This document shows, in pieces, positions 27,044 through 37,250 of a stretch of DNA of 64,000 nucleotides. Both the position numbers and the translations under genes were made by a program. The notes beneath the pieces are model-generated. The model worked only from the letters and a program-made list of their open reading frames with translations, was not told where the DNA came from and did no database searches. Numbering within the stretch: the first letter of the stretch is position 1; every line of letters begins with the position of its first letter. This DNA is from Myxococcota bacterium (GTDB lineage Bacteria; Myxococcota_C; UBA6777), in assembly GCA_023150835.1 (NCBI GenBank), contig JAKLKB010000001.1:62001-126000 (forward strand), written 5' to 3'.

Positions 27044-29656
27044 TCAACGGAGGAAGTGGAGTTGTTGTGGGCCGTTGAGGCTGATCTGTGCGGAGCCTTT
27101 GTATTGGGTGATCGCGCCTTGGATCTGTACGTACTTGCCGACGAGGGCTTGGGCGGGGGTTTGGTTGGAGAAGGACTGTTGGAAAGCGGGTACGCTGGTT
27201 TTCCAAAGGATCGCGACGAGTTGGCGTTCGACGGGTTTGGCAAAAAAGATCTGGAACATCTTGCGCCGTTCTTTGACGGCGACGATGCGTCCAGTGATCA
27301 CGCCCGTGTGTCCGACTTGGAAGCGGGCTTCGTAGGGGGAAAAGTGGAGTTCGTGGTCGCCTTTGAGAATGTAGCCGAGGGTGCGAGGGGCGATGCGGAC
27401 TTGGTAATATCCGGGGACTTCGGCGATCACATCAAGGGTATCGGAGGGGTGGTATCGTGCGAGGACTTCGGAGCGGATGGACGGTTGTTTGTACACAGGA
27501 GAAGGCCCACGCAAAACGATCTGGAAGATGCGGGAGTGCAGCCAGTCGCGGATGAACAGATCGGCGTAGTAGCTGGCGACTTTGGGGTGGCGGACGATCA
27601 CACCGACTTCACGGTTGCCTTTGAAACTGTTTTCTGTCCAGTTGATCGATCCAACAAAGACTTCTTTGCGATCGACGATCACGCCCTTGGCATGGATCTT
27701 TGCGACGCCTACGGCGGGTAGATTGATCAGGCGCGCACGCAGATTCAATTTTTCTTGTTCGGCCAGTTTGTTGAGCATGGCGACGGTCTTGTCGTTTTTA
27801 CGTTCGTCGCGGACATCGATATTGTACCAAGTGCTATCGATTAAAACGCGGACACGGCAGCCTTTTCGGGCGGCTTGGATCACGGCCATCAGCGGGAGGT
27901 TGGGGGTTTGGAGGAAAGAGCGTTGGCGCTTTTTTCCCCAAAACAACGGGATCGAGTTTTGTAGGATCAGGACTTCGTGTTGGCAGGACAAGATCGAGCC
28001 GATCAGACTTTGTTTTTCGTGAAGGCTGTTGTCGGGAGAGAGGACGAGTTCGAGATCGGCGCGGCCTTGGACGCGGAGGGGGGGGCGTCGATAGCGATAA
28101 AGGGGCGGATAAGAGCGCTCTTTGGGCTTGAAGGTGTCGGGAGGTGCGTCCCAACGTGTGCCGTCGGCGTCCTTGGCGTGGAGCAGATCGAGATGCGAAG
28201 CTGTCGAGGTGTCGTGCTTCCAGACCGCAAGAAGATCGCGAACAAGCAGAGGGGAACGGATGTGGATCTCCCATCCTCGGTTGCCGAAGGTCGGAGTGGG
28301 TGGATGGCCGGTTGCACCGTAGTTTTCGGTGCCGATCACAGCCCACGTGCGATCGACGATCGCGTATTTGGCGTGATTAAATCGGTATCGTCGGATAATC
28401 CGCTGTTTGCGATCTCCGCGCATCCACAAGATCGGGATGCCTGCACGAAACATCTTGTTGGCGTAGTAGCGGGCTTTTTTGGGGACGCCACCCACAGGCA
28501 CACCTTCAAACAAGATGCGCACGTCGACGCCCCGCTGTTTGGCTTGGATCATGGTTTGGGCGATTTGGGGGTTGGTAAAGAGGTAGACGTTAAGGAGGAT
28601 CTGCGAACGAGCGCTGCGGAGGCGTTGGAGTAATGCGTCAAAATTGTTTTCAGGGGCGGATGTTGCGAGGATATCGACGGGGATATCTTTGTATCGCTGT
28701 GGCGTAAAGAGGCTTTGTCCCGGGCGTTCGACGCGATGGGTGAGATCTGCGCCAAGGCGTGTGGCAGAGAAGCTATTGTTCCAATCGGCGGCGGTGTTGG
28801 TGTCGGGGATCGGGTGGCCGCGTTCATCGCGGTCACGAGCGAGGACTTGGCCGCGTGCAGCGAAAGGGTTGGCGCTGTGCATCTTGACGGGAGGACCGAC
28901 CCAATGGCCTGTGGGGATCAAGCTGGTATCCAGAGGGCTATCTTGTCCGTCTTTGAGGGCGTCATAACAAACGACATCGACGGTGTTTTCGCTTGCGTCG
29001 TGAAGAGAGACGACGCCACGAGTGGATGGCAGATTGGGCCATCCTTCGGGGATATCGGCTTTGGGGAGATTCGGGTGATCGCTTGCGCCTTGGATATCGG
29101 GCAAAAAGCCGAACATTTGTCGAAAGCCATCGGCTTGGTGAGCGACCCAGATGGTTTGGCGCGGTCGCAGGCGCGTGTTGGCGGGGAGGATGATGCGGCG
29201 GCGTTTTCCTGTGGGCTGGTAGGTTTCTTCGCGTTTGGTTCGCCCCCATTTTCCGCGTTTTTGGCCTTGGCGTGTTCGGACACGGCGAGGTTTGCGTTTG
29301 CGGGGGCTGCGCTTGGTGTACATATCCGAGATCATCCAGCCCGATACATCGACCGTTTGTTGTGTAAGATTCGTGATGCGGATCGATTCTTCGGGTTCGG
29401 GTCGGCCTTTTAAGAAGCCGTAGTAATACACGCCCGACAACACGACACTTCGTGCATAAGGCCGGCTGGCGTGAGCCTCGGAGATGGCGGATGCTGCGGC
29501 AAAAAAGCCGAGTCCAAGCAGTGGCCCCAAGAAGGCCAAGCCAAGCCAGCGCCCAAATACAGCGAAGGCCGCGAAGAGGCGGTGTTGCTGGCCTAAGCTT
29601 GGGCGGGATAAGTGTGTGTGGGCGACGATAGCGGGCTGGATGGAGGCTGCGTACAC
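27044..29656 (-). CDS. Secreted phospholipase D-superfamily protein with lamin-tail-like, SH3b-like and OB-like domains
   Basis: Two HKD motifs (HAKYAIVD..GTEN; HAKGVIVD..GSINW..NREVG) and LTD-like E.IRITN...VDVSGWMISD. GTG start at 29656 is inferred. Confidence 0.8.
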   Translation of the reverse strand: MYAASIQPAIVAHTHLSRPSLGQQHRLFAAFAVFGRWLGLAFLGPLLGLGFFAAASAISEAHASRPYARSVVLSGVYYYGFLKGRPEPEESIRITNLTQQTVDVSGWMISDMYTKRSPRKRKPRRVRTRQGQKRGKWGRTKREETYQPTGKRRRIILPANTRLRPRQTIWVAHQADGFRQMFGFLPDIQGASDHPNLPKADIPEGWPNLPSTRGVVSLHDASENTVDVVCYDALKDGQDSPLDTSLIPTGHWVGPPVKMHSANPFAARGQVLARDRDERGHPIPDTNTAADWNNSFSATRLGADLTHRVERPGQSLFTPQRYKDIPVDILATSAPENNFDALLQRLRSARSQILLNVYLFTNPQIAQTMIQAKQRGVDVRILFEGVPVGGVPKKARYYANKMFRAGIPILWMRGDRKQRIIRRYRFNHAKYAIVDRTWAVIGTENYGATGHPPTPTFGNRGWEIHIRSPLLVRDLLAVWKHDTSTASHLDLLHAKDADGTRWDAPPDTFKPKERSYPPLYRYRRPPLRVQGRADLELVLSPDNSLHEKQSLIGSILSCQHEVLILQNSIPLFWGKKRQRSFLQTPNLPLMAVIQAARKGCRVRVLIDSTWYNIDVRDERKNDKTVAMLNKLAEQEKLNLRARLINLPAVGVAKIHAKGVIVDRKEVFVGSINWTENSFKGNREVGVIVRHPKVASYYADLFIRDWLHSRIFQIVLRGPSPVYKQPSIRSEVLARYHPSDTLDVIAEVPGYYQVRIAPRTLGYILKGDHELHFSPYEARFQVGHTGVITGRIVAVKERRKMFQIFFAKPVERQLVAILWKTSVPAFQQSFSNQTPAQALVGKYVQIQGAITQYKGSAQISLNGPQQLHFLR

Positions 29657-29763
29657 GTTGGAACCTCGCTGAGTTGTCAGGTGGATGATTGGGAGGATAG
29701 GTTCAGTGGATGGAGAACAGAAGACCGTGAAACCGAAAGAATCAGGCGGATCGATTGGTGTTG

Positions 29764-29902
29764 TACGAAGTTCGCCTGTTGTGTGGTCCCAAGAAGTTCG
29801 CCTGTTGTGTGATCCCAAAACGTAGGGGCAGCCCCCTGTGGCTGCCCTATTACAGGGCGTCTACGTGCTCTTGTTTGCTGTGTACATCACGCGGATATCG
29901 TA
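29764..29902. mobile_element. Degenerate MITE family A copy with 26-bp internal duplication
   Basis: TACGAAGTTCG ... CGGATATCGTA, intact GTAGGGGCAGCCCCCTGTGGCTGCCC, abuts the stop codon (TTA on + strand) of the neighbouring gene. Confidence 0.7.
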
Positions 29903-30445
29903 TTAAAATCCGTCGAACAGTTCTTCGAGATCTTCGTTGGTCCAGCCCTCAAGCTGCCGCAACAGCAGGGCGATGCGTTGGACGTAGGCTCCGACCACGT
30001 CCGAGATGGCTTTTTGAGTTTGGGCGGTGTGGATCTCGACTTCTCCAAGATCGCGAAGAAAAGCAGGGGCTTCTTTAAAGCCACTCCATTCAAAGCGCAT
30101 CAACAGGCGGCCATCCTCAAGTCGCCAGTGAAGGTAATGTGCGCGGCTGCCCGGCTCGACGTCGTATTGTTGGAGGTAGATCGGGATACGAACGGCTTTT
30201 TCTTCGGCCAAGATACGCAGGCCGTTGGACATACTTTTGACAAAAGCGTGGACGGGCAAGATAAAGGCTTCGGGATAATTGGCGAGGATGTCGGTGTTTC
30301 CGATGCGCATGGAGATGTAGGCATCGAACTCTTTTTGAAGGTATTCGGAGATACCTGCTTTGTCGTCGATGGAGGTGAACTCTTTGATGTCCTCGAGGGT
30401 GGGCAATTCCGTGATCTGGATCTCGAATGATAGGGGGCCTTGCAT
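29903..30445 (-). CDS. Hypothetical acidic protein
   Basis: ~180-aa ORF with AGAGG SD before ATG 30445, divergent from dnaA. Confidence 0.7.
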   Translation of the reverse strand: MQGPLSFEIQITELPTLEDIKEFTSIDDKAGISEYLQKEFDAYISMRIGNTDILANYPEAFILPVHAFVKSMSNGLRILAEEKAVRIPIYLQQYDVEPGSRAHYLHWRLEDGRLLMRFEWSGFKEAPAFLRDLGEVEIHTAQTQKAISDVVGAYVQRIALLLRQLEGWTNEDLEELFDGF

Positions 30446-30915
30446 CCTTGGTTCCTCTCTGTGGGAGAAGCACTGCGTGGATGATCTGCGCAGGCTTTGG
30501 ATGGTTTGGAGAAGGCACACGCAAGGGACGGCGCAACACGCGGGAAAAGGGGGGTGGGGGAGCCTCCCTGCTTGCCTTGGCAGTTTCCCTCTTGTAGCTT
30601 ACTTTCCGTTGCGAGACCAGAGAAAACATTGCGTGGCTGTGTCAGGCGGGTTTCTTTTGCGTGGCGGCCTCTTGACATTTTTGGGTGAGGCTGGTTTGTG
30701 TGTTGGCAAAGTCGTCGGCTCCGCAAGAAGACAAAGTCCGCGCTGGCACATCAAGCTCTAGCGTCGAGGGAGCGCGAAGCGTCATCAACTGTCATCCGAT
30801 ACAACAACGTCATGAGCAAACAAGATCATCGGGACTTGTGCCCTTTTGGGGGGCGCACACTTGTCTTTGGGTTGGAGTGCGAAACAGGATGCATGAAGAA
30901 GAAGTGAAGGGAACG

Positions 30916-32256
30916 ATGCTCTGGCAAGCCATGTTCGAGGGTTTGCAAGAGCGGATCAGTCCCCAAAACTTTAAGATCTGGATCGAACCCGTCCGCCCGA
31001 GCCTTTCGGGAGGGGTGCTGCGTTTGTTTGTACCGAACCAGTACTTTCAGGATTGGATCGCGCAGAATTATCTCAACGATATCCACGAGATCGGCGAAAG
31101 TGTGTACGGCGGCTCTTTGCAGATCGAACTCACCTACCAAGAGGTCGAGCCGCTGGCGTTGGAAGTGCCGTTTTCGTCCCCTGCGTCCTCGACAGCGATC
31201 GCAGAAGGTCACTTTTTTGAACCCTTTACGACGCCCCGCCTCAACGAGCGCTATACCTTCGAAAGCTTTGTGGTGGGGCCATCTAACCAATTTGCGCACG
31301 CGGCTTGTTTGGCGGTCGCGAACGAACCTGCGGGCAGTTATAACCCGCTGTTTATCTATGGTGGCGTTGGTTTGGGCAAAACGCACTTGCTTCATGCGAT
31401 CGGCTGGGCTTTGCTCGAACATCCGCAAAGTCCGCGAGTCCTTTACATCTCGTCCGAACAGTTCGTCAACGAGATGATCACAGCGGTACGCTTTGACAAG
31501 CTTTCGGAGTTTCGTTCGCGTTATCGGGATCAATGCGATGTGTTGATGCTTGACGATATCCAATTCATCGCGGGCAAGAAGATGACCCAAGAAGAATTCT
31601 TCCATACCTTCAATTTCTTGCACAGTTCAAGCAAGCAGATCATCGTCACGTCGGATCGCTATCCGCAGGAGATCCCTGCGTTGGAAGAGCGCTTGCGTTC
31701 GCGTTTTCAGTGGGGATTGATCGCGGATATCCAAGAACCCGAACTGGAAACGCGGATGGCGATCGTCACCCAAAAAGCCGAGAACAACGGCCTGAATTTG
31801 GATAACGAGTTGGTGTTGTATCTGGCTTCGTCCATGCAAAACAACATCCGTGAACTCGAAGGGGCGTTGGTGCGCTTGCGGGCCTTTGCAGAATTGACGG
31901 GCCGTCAAGTGACCTTGCGGATGGCGCGAGACGTGTTGCGCGGTTTGATGCCCGAGCGCCAGCCTGTCGCCTCGGTCGAAGTGATCCAACAGATGGTCGC
32001 CGAGTATTACGAGGTGAAGCTGCATGATCTTCGCGGAAACAAGCGGCACAAGCAAGTGTTGTTGCCGCGTCAAGTCGCGATGTACCTGTGTCGAAAGCTC
32101 GCCCAAGCGTCCTTTGCGGAGATCGGGACGGGATTTGGTGGCAAGGATCATTCAACCGCGATCAACGCTTGTCAGCGGATCGAGCAGCTTTTACCGGATG
32201 ATCCTGTGTTGCGCTCGGAGATCAACGAACTCGAAGCGCGGATCCGCGAAGGTTGA
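30916..32256 (+). CDS. dnaA: Chromosomal replication initiator DnaA
   Basis: YNPLFIYGGVGLGKTHL, DDIQF, QEEFFHTFN, RLRSRF.WGL, RELEGAL, RQVAMYL, GGKDHST. Start 30916 or 30889. Confidence 0.97.
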   Translation: MLWQAMFEGLQERISPQNFKIWIEPVRPSLSGGVLRLFVPNQYFQDWIAQNYLNDIHEIGESVYGGSLQIELTYQEVEPLALEVPFSSPASSTAIAEGHFFEPFTTPRLNERYTFESFVVGPSNQFAHAACLAVANEPAGSYNPLFIYGGVGLGKTHLLHAIGWALLEHPQSPRVLYISSEQFVNEMITAVRFDKLSEFRSRYRDQCDVLMLDDIQFIAGKKMTQEEFFHTFNFLHSSSKQIIVTSDRYPQEIPALEERLRSRFQWGLIADIQEPELETRMAIVTQKAENNGLNLDNELVLYLASSMQNNIRELEGALVRLRAFAELTGRQVTLRMARDVLRGLMPERQPVASVEVIQQMVAEYYEVKLHDLRGNKRHKQVLLPRQVAMYLCRKLAQASFAEIGTGFGGKDHSTAINACQRIEQLLPDDPVLRSEINELEARIREG

Positions 32257-32457
32257 GCGGAGGGGATGCGTCGTCTTGGGTGATTGGAGGCGATGTGTTT
32301 GAGCGATGTGTCGATAAGAAAGCGCCGTCGCCAAGGCGTTTGGGTGGGGGGGGTTGTCTTGGAGAAAGAAAAAGGTAGAACGCTTGGCGTGTCGTGTCCA
32401 AGATAAACAGAGGTGAGATGTCGCCCGTTGGTGCGGCGTTCACGTGGAGAGAGATTC

Positions 32458-33603
32458 ATGCGATTGTTGATAGGTTGCAAGCCCTTGCTCAAGGTGGTGC
32501 AGATCGCACAAAGCGTCGTTCCCAAAAAGACGTCGAGACCGATCTTGATGCACCTACGATTGAAAGCGACGGTGGAGCGGGGGCTTGAGGTGACGGCCAC
32601 GGACGAAGAACTGACATTTCAGGCGACGACCGAAGCCCAAGTCGAAGTCCCGGGCGAGATCACCGTGTCTGCACGCGATCTGTACGAGATCGTGCGCACC
32701 ATGCCCGATGAGCCGTTGCGCCTCGAAGTCCTCTTGGACAAGGGGCAATTGGAGCTTTCGACGGGTGATCGGCGGATCGAGTTTCAATTGCACACACTCC
32801 CCGCAGGTGATTTCCCCGATACAGAGGGCATCTCCCCTGATCGCTCTTATGCGTACAAGGTCGAAGATCTGTTGCAATTGATCGATCGAACGGTCTTTGC
32901 GGTCTCGCAGGATGAAGCGCGTTATTATCTTGGCGGCGTCTTCTTGGAATGCCATGAAGGCGAAAATATCCGCGCTGTCGCCACCGACGGCCACCGGTTG
33001 GCGCTTGCAGAAGGCGCTCCTCCCGAAAAATTTGTCCTTTCCCCGGGAAAGATCCTGCCGCGCAAACTGCTCGGCGAGTTGCGCAAGACGCTCGACGATC
33101 GTCAAGGAGAAGTGCGATTTGGCTTTCAAGACAAAAAAGTGACGTTCCAACACGGCCCACAAACGCTGACCTCGCTGCTGGTGGAAGGCTCATTTCCAGA
33201 TTATCGGCAAGTGATCCCACGCACGCCGAGCATCGTGTGCCGCGTTCCTCGCGTCGACTTGCTCGAAGGGTTGCGTCGGATCTCGCTGCTGTCGCCTGAA
33301 AAGACAGGGGGGGTGCGCGTGCAGATCAAAGAAGACGCGCTACATCTCTTTAGCCAACACACAGGTCGCGGCCAAGCCAAAGAAGAAGTCCGTTTGCGCG
33401 AAGGTGGCGGAGATATCGAGATCGGATTCAATGCGAGCTATTTTATTGAGGCCTTGAATGTGATCGATACTGCCGAGGTCTTGCTCGAATTCACCAACTA
33501 TTTGAGTCCTTGCTTGTTGAAGCCCTACCAAGATCCCGCAAGCGAGGCCGAAAAAGGCAAGGCTCGTCCTCACCTCAACGTGATCATGCCGATGCGTTTG
33601 TAG
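32458..33603 (+). CDS. dnaN: DNA polymerase III beta clamp
   Basis: TATD.E, ATDGHRLA, GSFPDYRQVIP, IGFNASY, VIMPMRL. Follows dnaA. Confidence 0.96.
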   Translation: MRLLIGCKPLLKVVQIAQSVVPKKTSRPILMHLRLKATVERGLEVTATDEELTFQATTEAQVEVPGEITVSARDLYEIVRTMPDEPLRLEVLLDKGQLELSTGDRRIEFQLHTLPAGDFPDTEGISPDRSYAYKVEDLLQLIDRTVFAVSQDEARYYLGGVFLECHEGENIRAVATDGHRLALAEGAPPEKFVLSPGKILPRKLLGELRKTLDDRQGEVRFGFQDKKVTFQHGPQTLTSLLVEGSFPDYRQVIPRTPSIVCRVPRVDLLEGLRRISLLSPEKTGGVRVQIKEDALHLFSQHTGRGQAKEEVRLREGGGDIEIGFNASYFIEALNVIDTAEVLLEFTNYLSPCLLKPYQDPASEAEKGKARPHLNVIMPMRL

Positions 33604-33656
33604 TGGGTTGATGGGCTTTGATTTATGCCGAGTATCGGACTTTGTGATCTCTCTTT

Positions 33657-34868
33657 GTGCGTTTTGGGAGACCTCTGGGCTTGACGCTGCACCTCGCGCA
33701 ATTCGCATCCCACCATTTCCGCAACTTGGCGCATGAGCCTGTCACGCTGCATCCTCGCTTTAACTTTTTTTGCGGGGAAAATGGCCAAGGCAAGACCAAT
33801 CTGCTCGAAGCGATCTACTATTTGTTTACGTTGCGCCCGTTGCGTTCGGTGCGTCCAATCGATCTGTTGGCGTGGGGAGAGTCCCAAGCCTCTTTGTCGG
33901 GCGATATCTGCGGGCGTATCGAACGCACGTTGTCCGTACAATTTGGTCGACAAAAGCGCGATATCTTTCTCAATGGTGGGCCACCATTAAGCCTCGACGA
34001 CTACTTTAGCGAGTTGCAGATCGTCGCCTTTACACCCGAAGAGATCCAGTTGGTGCGGGGATCGCCGACTTTGCGAAGGCGTTTTCTGGATCGGGCTGTC
34101 TTTAACACAGATATCCGATATCTCCGAGAAGTTCGGCAATACCTCAAACTGCTCGATCACCGCAATGCTCTGCTCAAATCGTCTTCGCCCGATCGTGCGC
34201 TGCTGGACGTGTTGGCCGAGCAGTTTGCACAAGCGGGAGCGCGACTGATCCGCCGTCGTGTCGGGTTGCTTGAAAGCCTGCGGCCTCATCTGCGCGATGC
34301 CTACTATCGGATCTTTCCCGATCTGCTGATCGAGATCGATGTGCGCTACCAGTCGACGCTTGGCTCACTTCCGACCCTCGGCGAACATCCCTCGACCGAA
34401 GTGGTGGTCGCCTACGAACAAGATATCTTTGCGCGCTTTTTGGCGCAGATCCAAAAGATCCAGTCGCGTGAATTGGACCGACGGATGGCCTTGATCGGGC
34501 CTCATCTTGATGATCTCGAATTTTCTTTTGCCGGTCGCCCTTTCAAACAAGTCGCCAGTCAAGGACAAACACGGGCGTTGGTGTTGGCACTCAAGATCGC
34601 GGAGATATCCGAGATCAAAGCCCGCACAGGCGAACATCCGTTGTTGTTGTTGGACGATGTAGCCGGTGAGCTTGATCCCCGTCATTCGGGTATGTTCTTT
34701 GGATTCCTCGAAGAAACCCACGGTCAGGTCTTGCTTTCGACGACCAGTCTTGCGTACATCCAATTGCCCGATATCGAACGGTATCCGTGTTTTACCTTGG
34801 TCCAAGGAAAGATCGCGCCGTCGCCGCTTGGTGCAGAACACAGCGCGCAACATCAAGAAAGGGAATAG
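33657..34868 (+). CDS. recF: DNA replication/repair protein RecF
   Basis: FRN, GENGQGKTNLLEAI, RRRFLD, GPHLDDL, ASQGQ, LLLDDV. Start uncertain. Confidence 0.95.
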   Translation: MRFGRPLGLTLHLAQFASHHFRNLAHEPVTLHPRFNFFCGENGQGKTNLLEAIYYLFTLRPLRSVRPIDLLAWGESQASLSGDICGRIERTLSVQFGRQKRDIFLNGGPPLSLDDYFSELQIVAFTPEEIQLVRGSPTLRRRFLDRAVFNTDIRYLREVRQYLKLLDHRNALLKSSSPDRALLDVLAEQFAQAGARLIRRRVGLLESLRPHLRDAYYRIFPDLLIEIDVRYQSTLGSLPTLGEHPSTEVVVAYEQDIFARFLAQIQKIQSRELDRRMALIGPHLDDLEFSFAGRPFKQVASQGQTRALVLALKIAEISEIKARTGEHPLLLLDDVAGELDPRHSGMFFGFLEETHGQVLLSTTSLAYIQLPDIERYPCFTLVQGKIAPSPLGAEHSAQHQERE

Positions 34869-34872
34869 GTCG

Positions 34873-36366
34873 GTGGATTCGAGAAAATCATCATTGCGGA
34901 TCTTGATGGTGGCTGCGGAGATCGCACCTTGGGCCAAAGTTGGCGGTTTGGGCGACGTGATCGCGGCCCTTCCAAGTGCTTTGTGCCGCCAAGGAGCCGA
35001 AGTCGTCTTGGTGTTGCCGCGTTATCTGTGTTTGCGCGAGCCGCTGATGCCTGTGCGTGCGCTGCATCGTTCTCCTTTTCGGATGGCGTGGGGGCCTTAT
35101 TCGAGCTACAACTTGCGTTTGTTTGAAGCCCGTCATCCCGAAGGATTTCAAGTCTTGTTGGTCGACTGCCCTCCGCTATTTGATCGAGCGGGGATCTATC
35201 ATGCGCCCGGGGCCTCGTATGATTACGCCGATAGCTTGGTGCGTTGGACGGCGCTGTGTCGAGGCGCTTTGTTTGGTGCGCTGTTGCTTGGAGGCGAATG
35301 GGATATCGTTCACGCGCACGATATGCACGCTGCGCTGACACTCCCGCTGCTGCGCGAAGAACACAAAGCTTCTCCGCTTCATCACGCCCGTGCGGTGTTG
35401 AGCGTCCACAACCTCGCTTACCAAGGCATCCATCCCCTCGCATCCATCGAAGATATCGGTATCTCTCGCTCATACGCCGAACCTTTCGGACCCTACGAGT
35501 TTTACGGCCAGTTCAACATGATGAAAGCTGGCTTGCTGTTTGCCGATGGTATCCACACCGTCAGTCCGACTTATGCGTATGAGATCGTCGAAGAACCCGC
35601 GTTTGGTCACGGTCTGCAAGGGGTGTTGTGGTCGCGGCGTCATCAGGTGATGGGCATCCTCAACGGTATCGACGCCGACGTGTGGGATCCCCAAAGCCAA
35701 CCCGCCTTGCCCGCCGTTTACAATAGCGAAGAACTCGATGGAAAAGCCGTCTGTCGGCGCGCCTTGCAAGAAGAGTTGGGATGGTCGAACGATGACAAAC
35801 GCCCGATATTTGGGATGGTCACGCGCTTGACCGCCCAAAAGGGTCTCGATCTGGTCGCGGCTTGCGTGCCGATGCTGATCCAACAAGGGGCGCGGCTTGC
35901 GATCTTGGGGACGGGGGATCCCCGCCTAGAGGCTTCTTTGCGCGTTTTGATGGAACGCCACCCCGAACATCTCCAAGCCCGCTTCCTTTTTGATCAAGCC
36001 CTCGCCCACCGTATCCTCGCAGGTTCCGATCTGTGCCTGATGCCCTCTTTGTTTGAGCCGTGTGGTCTCGTGCAGATGTACGCCATGCGCTACGGCACAC
36101 CACCGATCGTCCGACGCACCGGCGGCTTGGCCGACACGGTCGAGATGTTTGAACCCGAACACCTCACAGGAACAGGCTTCTTGTTCGATGAACCTGAACC
36201 CAATGCCCTCGCCTCCGCCATCCAAAAAGCCCTGCTGATCTGGAGAAAACCAAACCTCTGGAATGAACTGGTCAAAAATGCGATGAAACGCGACTTTTCG
36301 TGGGATCACATCGCGCACGATTATATCCGGTGGTATCACGAACTTCTGACGGCCGTTCGCCCCTAG
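34873..36366 (+). CDS. glgA: Glycogen synthase
   Basis: KVGGLGDV, HAHD.H, HNLAYQG, TVSPTYA, GILNGID, QKGLDL, PSLFEPCGL.QMYAMRYG. Confidence 0.95.
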   Translation: MDSRKSSLRILMVAAEIAPWAKVGGLGDVIAALPSALCRQGAEVVLVLPRYLCLREPLMPVRALHRSPFRMAWGPYSSYNLRLFEARHPEGFQVLLVDCPPLFDRAGIYHAPGASYDYADSLVRWTALCRGALFGALLLGGEWDIVHAHDMHAALTLPLLREEHKASPLHHARAVLSVHNLAYQGIHPLASIEDIGISRSYAEPFGPYEFYGQFNMMKAGLLFADGIHTVSPTYAYEIVEEPAFGHGLQGVLWSRRHQVMGILNGIDADVWDPQSQPALPAVYNSEELDGKAVCRRALQEELGWSNDDKRPIFGMVTRLTAQKGLDLVAACVPMLIQQGARLAILGTGDPRLEASLRVLMERHPEHLQARFLFDQALAHRILAGSDLCLMPSLFEPCGLVQMYAMRYGTPPIVRRTGGLADTVEMFEPEHLTGTGFLFDEPEPNALASAIQKALLIWRKPNLWNELVKNAMKRDFSWDHIAHDYIRWYHELLTAVRP

Positions 36367-37250
36367 ATCGCCTTTTGACGGTGCTTTTCGTACAGCAGCG
36401 AGACGATACCATCCACCAATCCGATCTGCGGCACAAACATCTCTTGCGTGCCTGCCGCGATCATCGCGCTGCGGTAGATCTCGGTCGCATGCACGATGAC
36501 ATCGGCGCGGTCTGGACGCAGTCCCAACACTTCGATCCGCTCCTCCACGCTGTAGCCACGCAACATCCCAAGCATCTCGTCGATCTTGTCGAGCGTCAGG
36601 GGCTTGCTGCTTTTCATTCCTGTGAGCTTGTGTAACGTGTTGATGTTTCCGCCTGTTCCGATCGCACTCAGCGGCTGGTACGGGAGAGCATACGTTTGTA
36701 ACCACTGGCGAAAGCGCTCTGCTTCGCCCGCGATGGCTTGCCCATGCAAGGCCCGCAGCGTCCCAAGCAAAAAAGAATTCGCGTTGACTCGCTGTTGTTG
36801 TCGCATCAGTGTCACTTCTGTGCTGCCCCCCCCCACGTCGATGTAGAGGTACGAACGCGCTGGATCGAGCTTTTCTTCGAGCGGGCTTGCACAGATAATC
36901 TCGGCTTCGCGTTTTCCGTCGATAATCTCCACCTGAAGCCCCGTTTGCTGCGCGATCTGCTCGATCAACGCAGAGCCATTTTCTGCACCACGCAAAGCGG
37001 CCGTCCCACAAGCCATCCAATCCAAGGGCTTTTGCACTCGCAACAGCGAACGAAAAGCCTTCATCGTTTCGAGCAAGTCCTCCGCCTTGGCTTCGGTGAT
37101 CCGACCCAAGGCGAACGCATCGTCCCCCAAACGCAACGGGACGCGCAACAAGGATTCTTTCTTGAAGGCCACTTTGCCCTTTGTCTCGATCACGTTGGAG
37201 ATCAACAGCCGCGCTGCGTTAGAACCGATATCGATGGCCGCAAATTTCAC
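36363..37250 (-). CDS. ppx: Exopolyphosphatase, Ppx/GppA family (short form)
   Basis: AAIDIGSN, IDGKREA, DVGGGSTE, GTGGN, DRADVI. Overlaps the ppk1 stop by 4 bp. Confidence 0.93.
   Translation of the reverse strand: MKFAAIDIGSNAARLLISNVIETKGKVAFKKESLLRVPLRLGDDAFALGRITEAKAEDLLETMKAFRSLLRVQKPLDWMACGTAALRGAENGSALIEQIAQQTGLQVEIIDGKREAEIICASPLEEKLDPARSYLYIDVGGGSTEVTLMRQQQRVNANSFLLGTLRALHGQAIAGEAERFRQWLQTYALPYQPLSAIGTGGNINTLHKLTGMKSSKPLTLDKIDEMLGMLRGYSVEERIEVLGLRPDRADVIVHATEIYRSAMIAAGTQEMFVPQIGLVDGIVSLLYEKHRQKAI

Noticed and set aside
27044-29656. Anti-phage PLD nuclease (DISARM/Zorya-type) interpretation
   Set aside because: The protein has an export signal and envelope-gene neighbours, with no helicase or methylase partners nearby.
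30672-30700. dnaA promoter at TTGACA 30672
   Set aside because: No credible -10 element at the proper spacing.
30685-30915. Long N-terminal extensions from the ORF track (dnaA; likewise glgA, rpsL, GLYR, lgt, yceI)
   Set aside because: Homology motifs and SD sequences point to downstream starts.
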